A stretch of DNA of 64,000 nt from contig NC_082726.1 of assembly GCF_030144855.1 (NCBI RefSeq), positions 57,288,001 to 57,352,000 on the forward strand. Direction: 5' to 3'. Shown here piece by piece: positions 63,566 through 64,000 of the stretch. Source of the stretch: Hypanus sabinus. Taxonomy: Eukaryota. A program made the position numbers and the translations under genes. The notes beneath the pieces were generated by a model. The model had not been told where the DNA came from. It worked only from the letters and a program-made list of their open reading frames with translations, and ran no database searches. Each line of letters starts with the position of its first letter. The stretch's first letter is position 1.

Positions 63566-64000
63566 TACATACGAACATACGAAATAACAGCAGGAGTAGG
63601 CCATCAGGCCCGTCGAACTTGCTCTGCCATTCAATAAGATAGTGGCTGATCTGGCCATGGACTCATCTCCACCTACCTGCCTTTTCCCCAAAAACCTTAA
63701 TTCCCCTACTATGCAAGAACCTATCCAACCTTGTCTTAAATATATTTACTGAAGTAGCCTCCACTGCTTCATTGGGAGGAGAATTCCACACATTCACCAC
63801 TCTCTGGGAAAAGCAGTTCCTCCTCATCTCCGTCCTAAATCTACTCCACCAAATCTTCAGGCTATGTCCCCTAGTTCTAGTGTCCTGCCTCTATCTTATC
63901 TATCCCTTTCATAATGTTATATGTGTCTATAAGATGTCCTCTCATTCTTCTGAATTCCAGTGAGTACAGTCCCAGGCGACTCAATCTCTCTTCATAGTCT
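63565..64000 (-). mobile_element. CR1 LINE 3' fragment (runs off the window end)
   Basis: Contains gaattccacacattcaccactctctgggaaaagcagttcctcctcatctcc and an (acatacga)2 tail. An opposite-strand CR1 3' fragment lies at ~62930-63245. Confidence 0.88.

Overview
This is eukaryotic, repeat-rich vertebrate genomic DNA. The mix of CR1 LINEs, V-domain/HE1-like SINEs and Penelope-derived repeats suggests a cartilaginous fish, probably a ray (inference, no search run). Most ORFs in the supplied track are spurious or transposon remnants. The one host gene I can support is on the minus strand. Seven internal GT-AG exons (43360-43251, 40064-39963, 37885-37794, 33117-32997, 19380-19251, 15554-15421, 12605-12534) splice in frame without stops into ~253 aa. 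This peptide is colinear with the central C2-like region of CCDC33 as I recall the human protein. The 5' and 3' exons were not found and probably lie outside the window, so the whole window is likely intragenic. The introns hold CR1 (including ORF1 esterase and near-full-length decayed copies), Rex1/Babar, RTE, L1 and L2 fragments and several tRNA-SINE families. They also hold solo LTRs with 5-bp TSDs, Tc1, pogo, hAT and PIF MITEs, and two Chapaev3-like deletion derivatives. The most notable observations are four. (i) Dispersed minimal hammerhead-ribozyme motifs at the ends of Penelope-like repeats. (ii) A ~200-bp, ~96% identical inverted repeat pair of apparently non-TE sequence (52218-52417 / 55081-55287). 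(iii) Two RFX X-box matches, one just upstream of an exon with an in-frame ATG. (iv) A pre-miRNA-sized hairpin made from two inverted Penelope ends. I see no convincing evidence of a wholly new gene system. Boundaries of decayed repeats are approximate.
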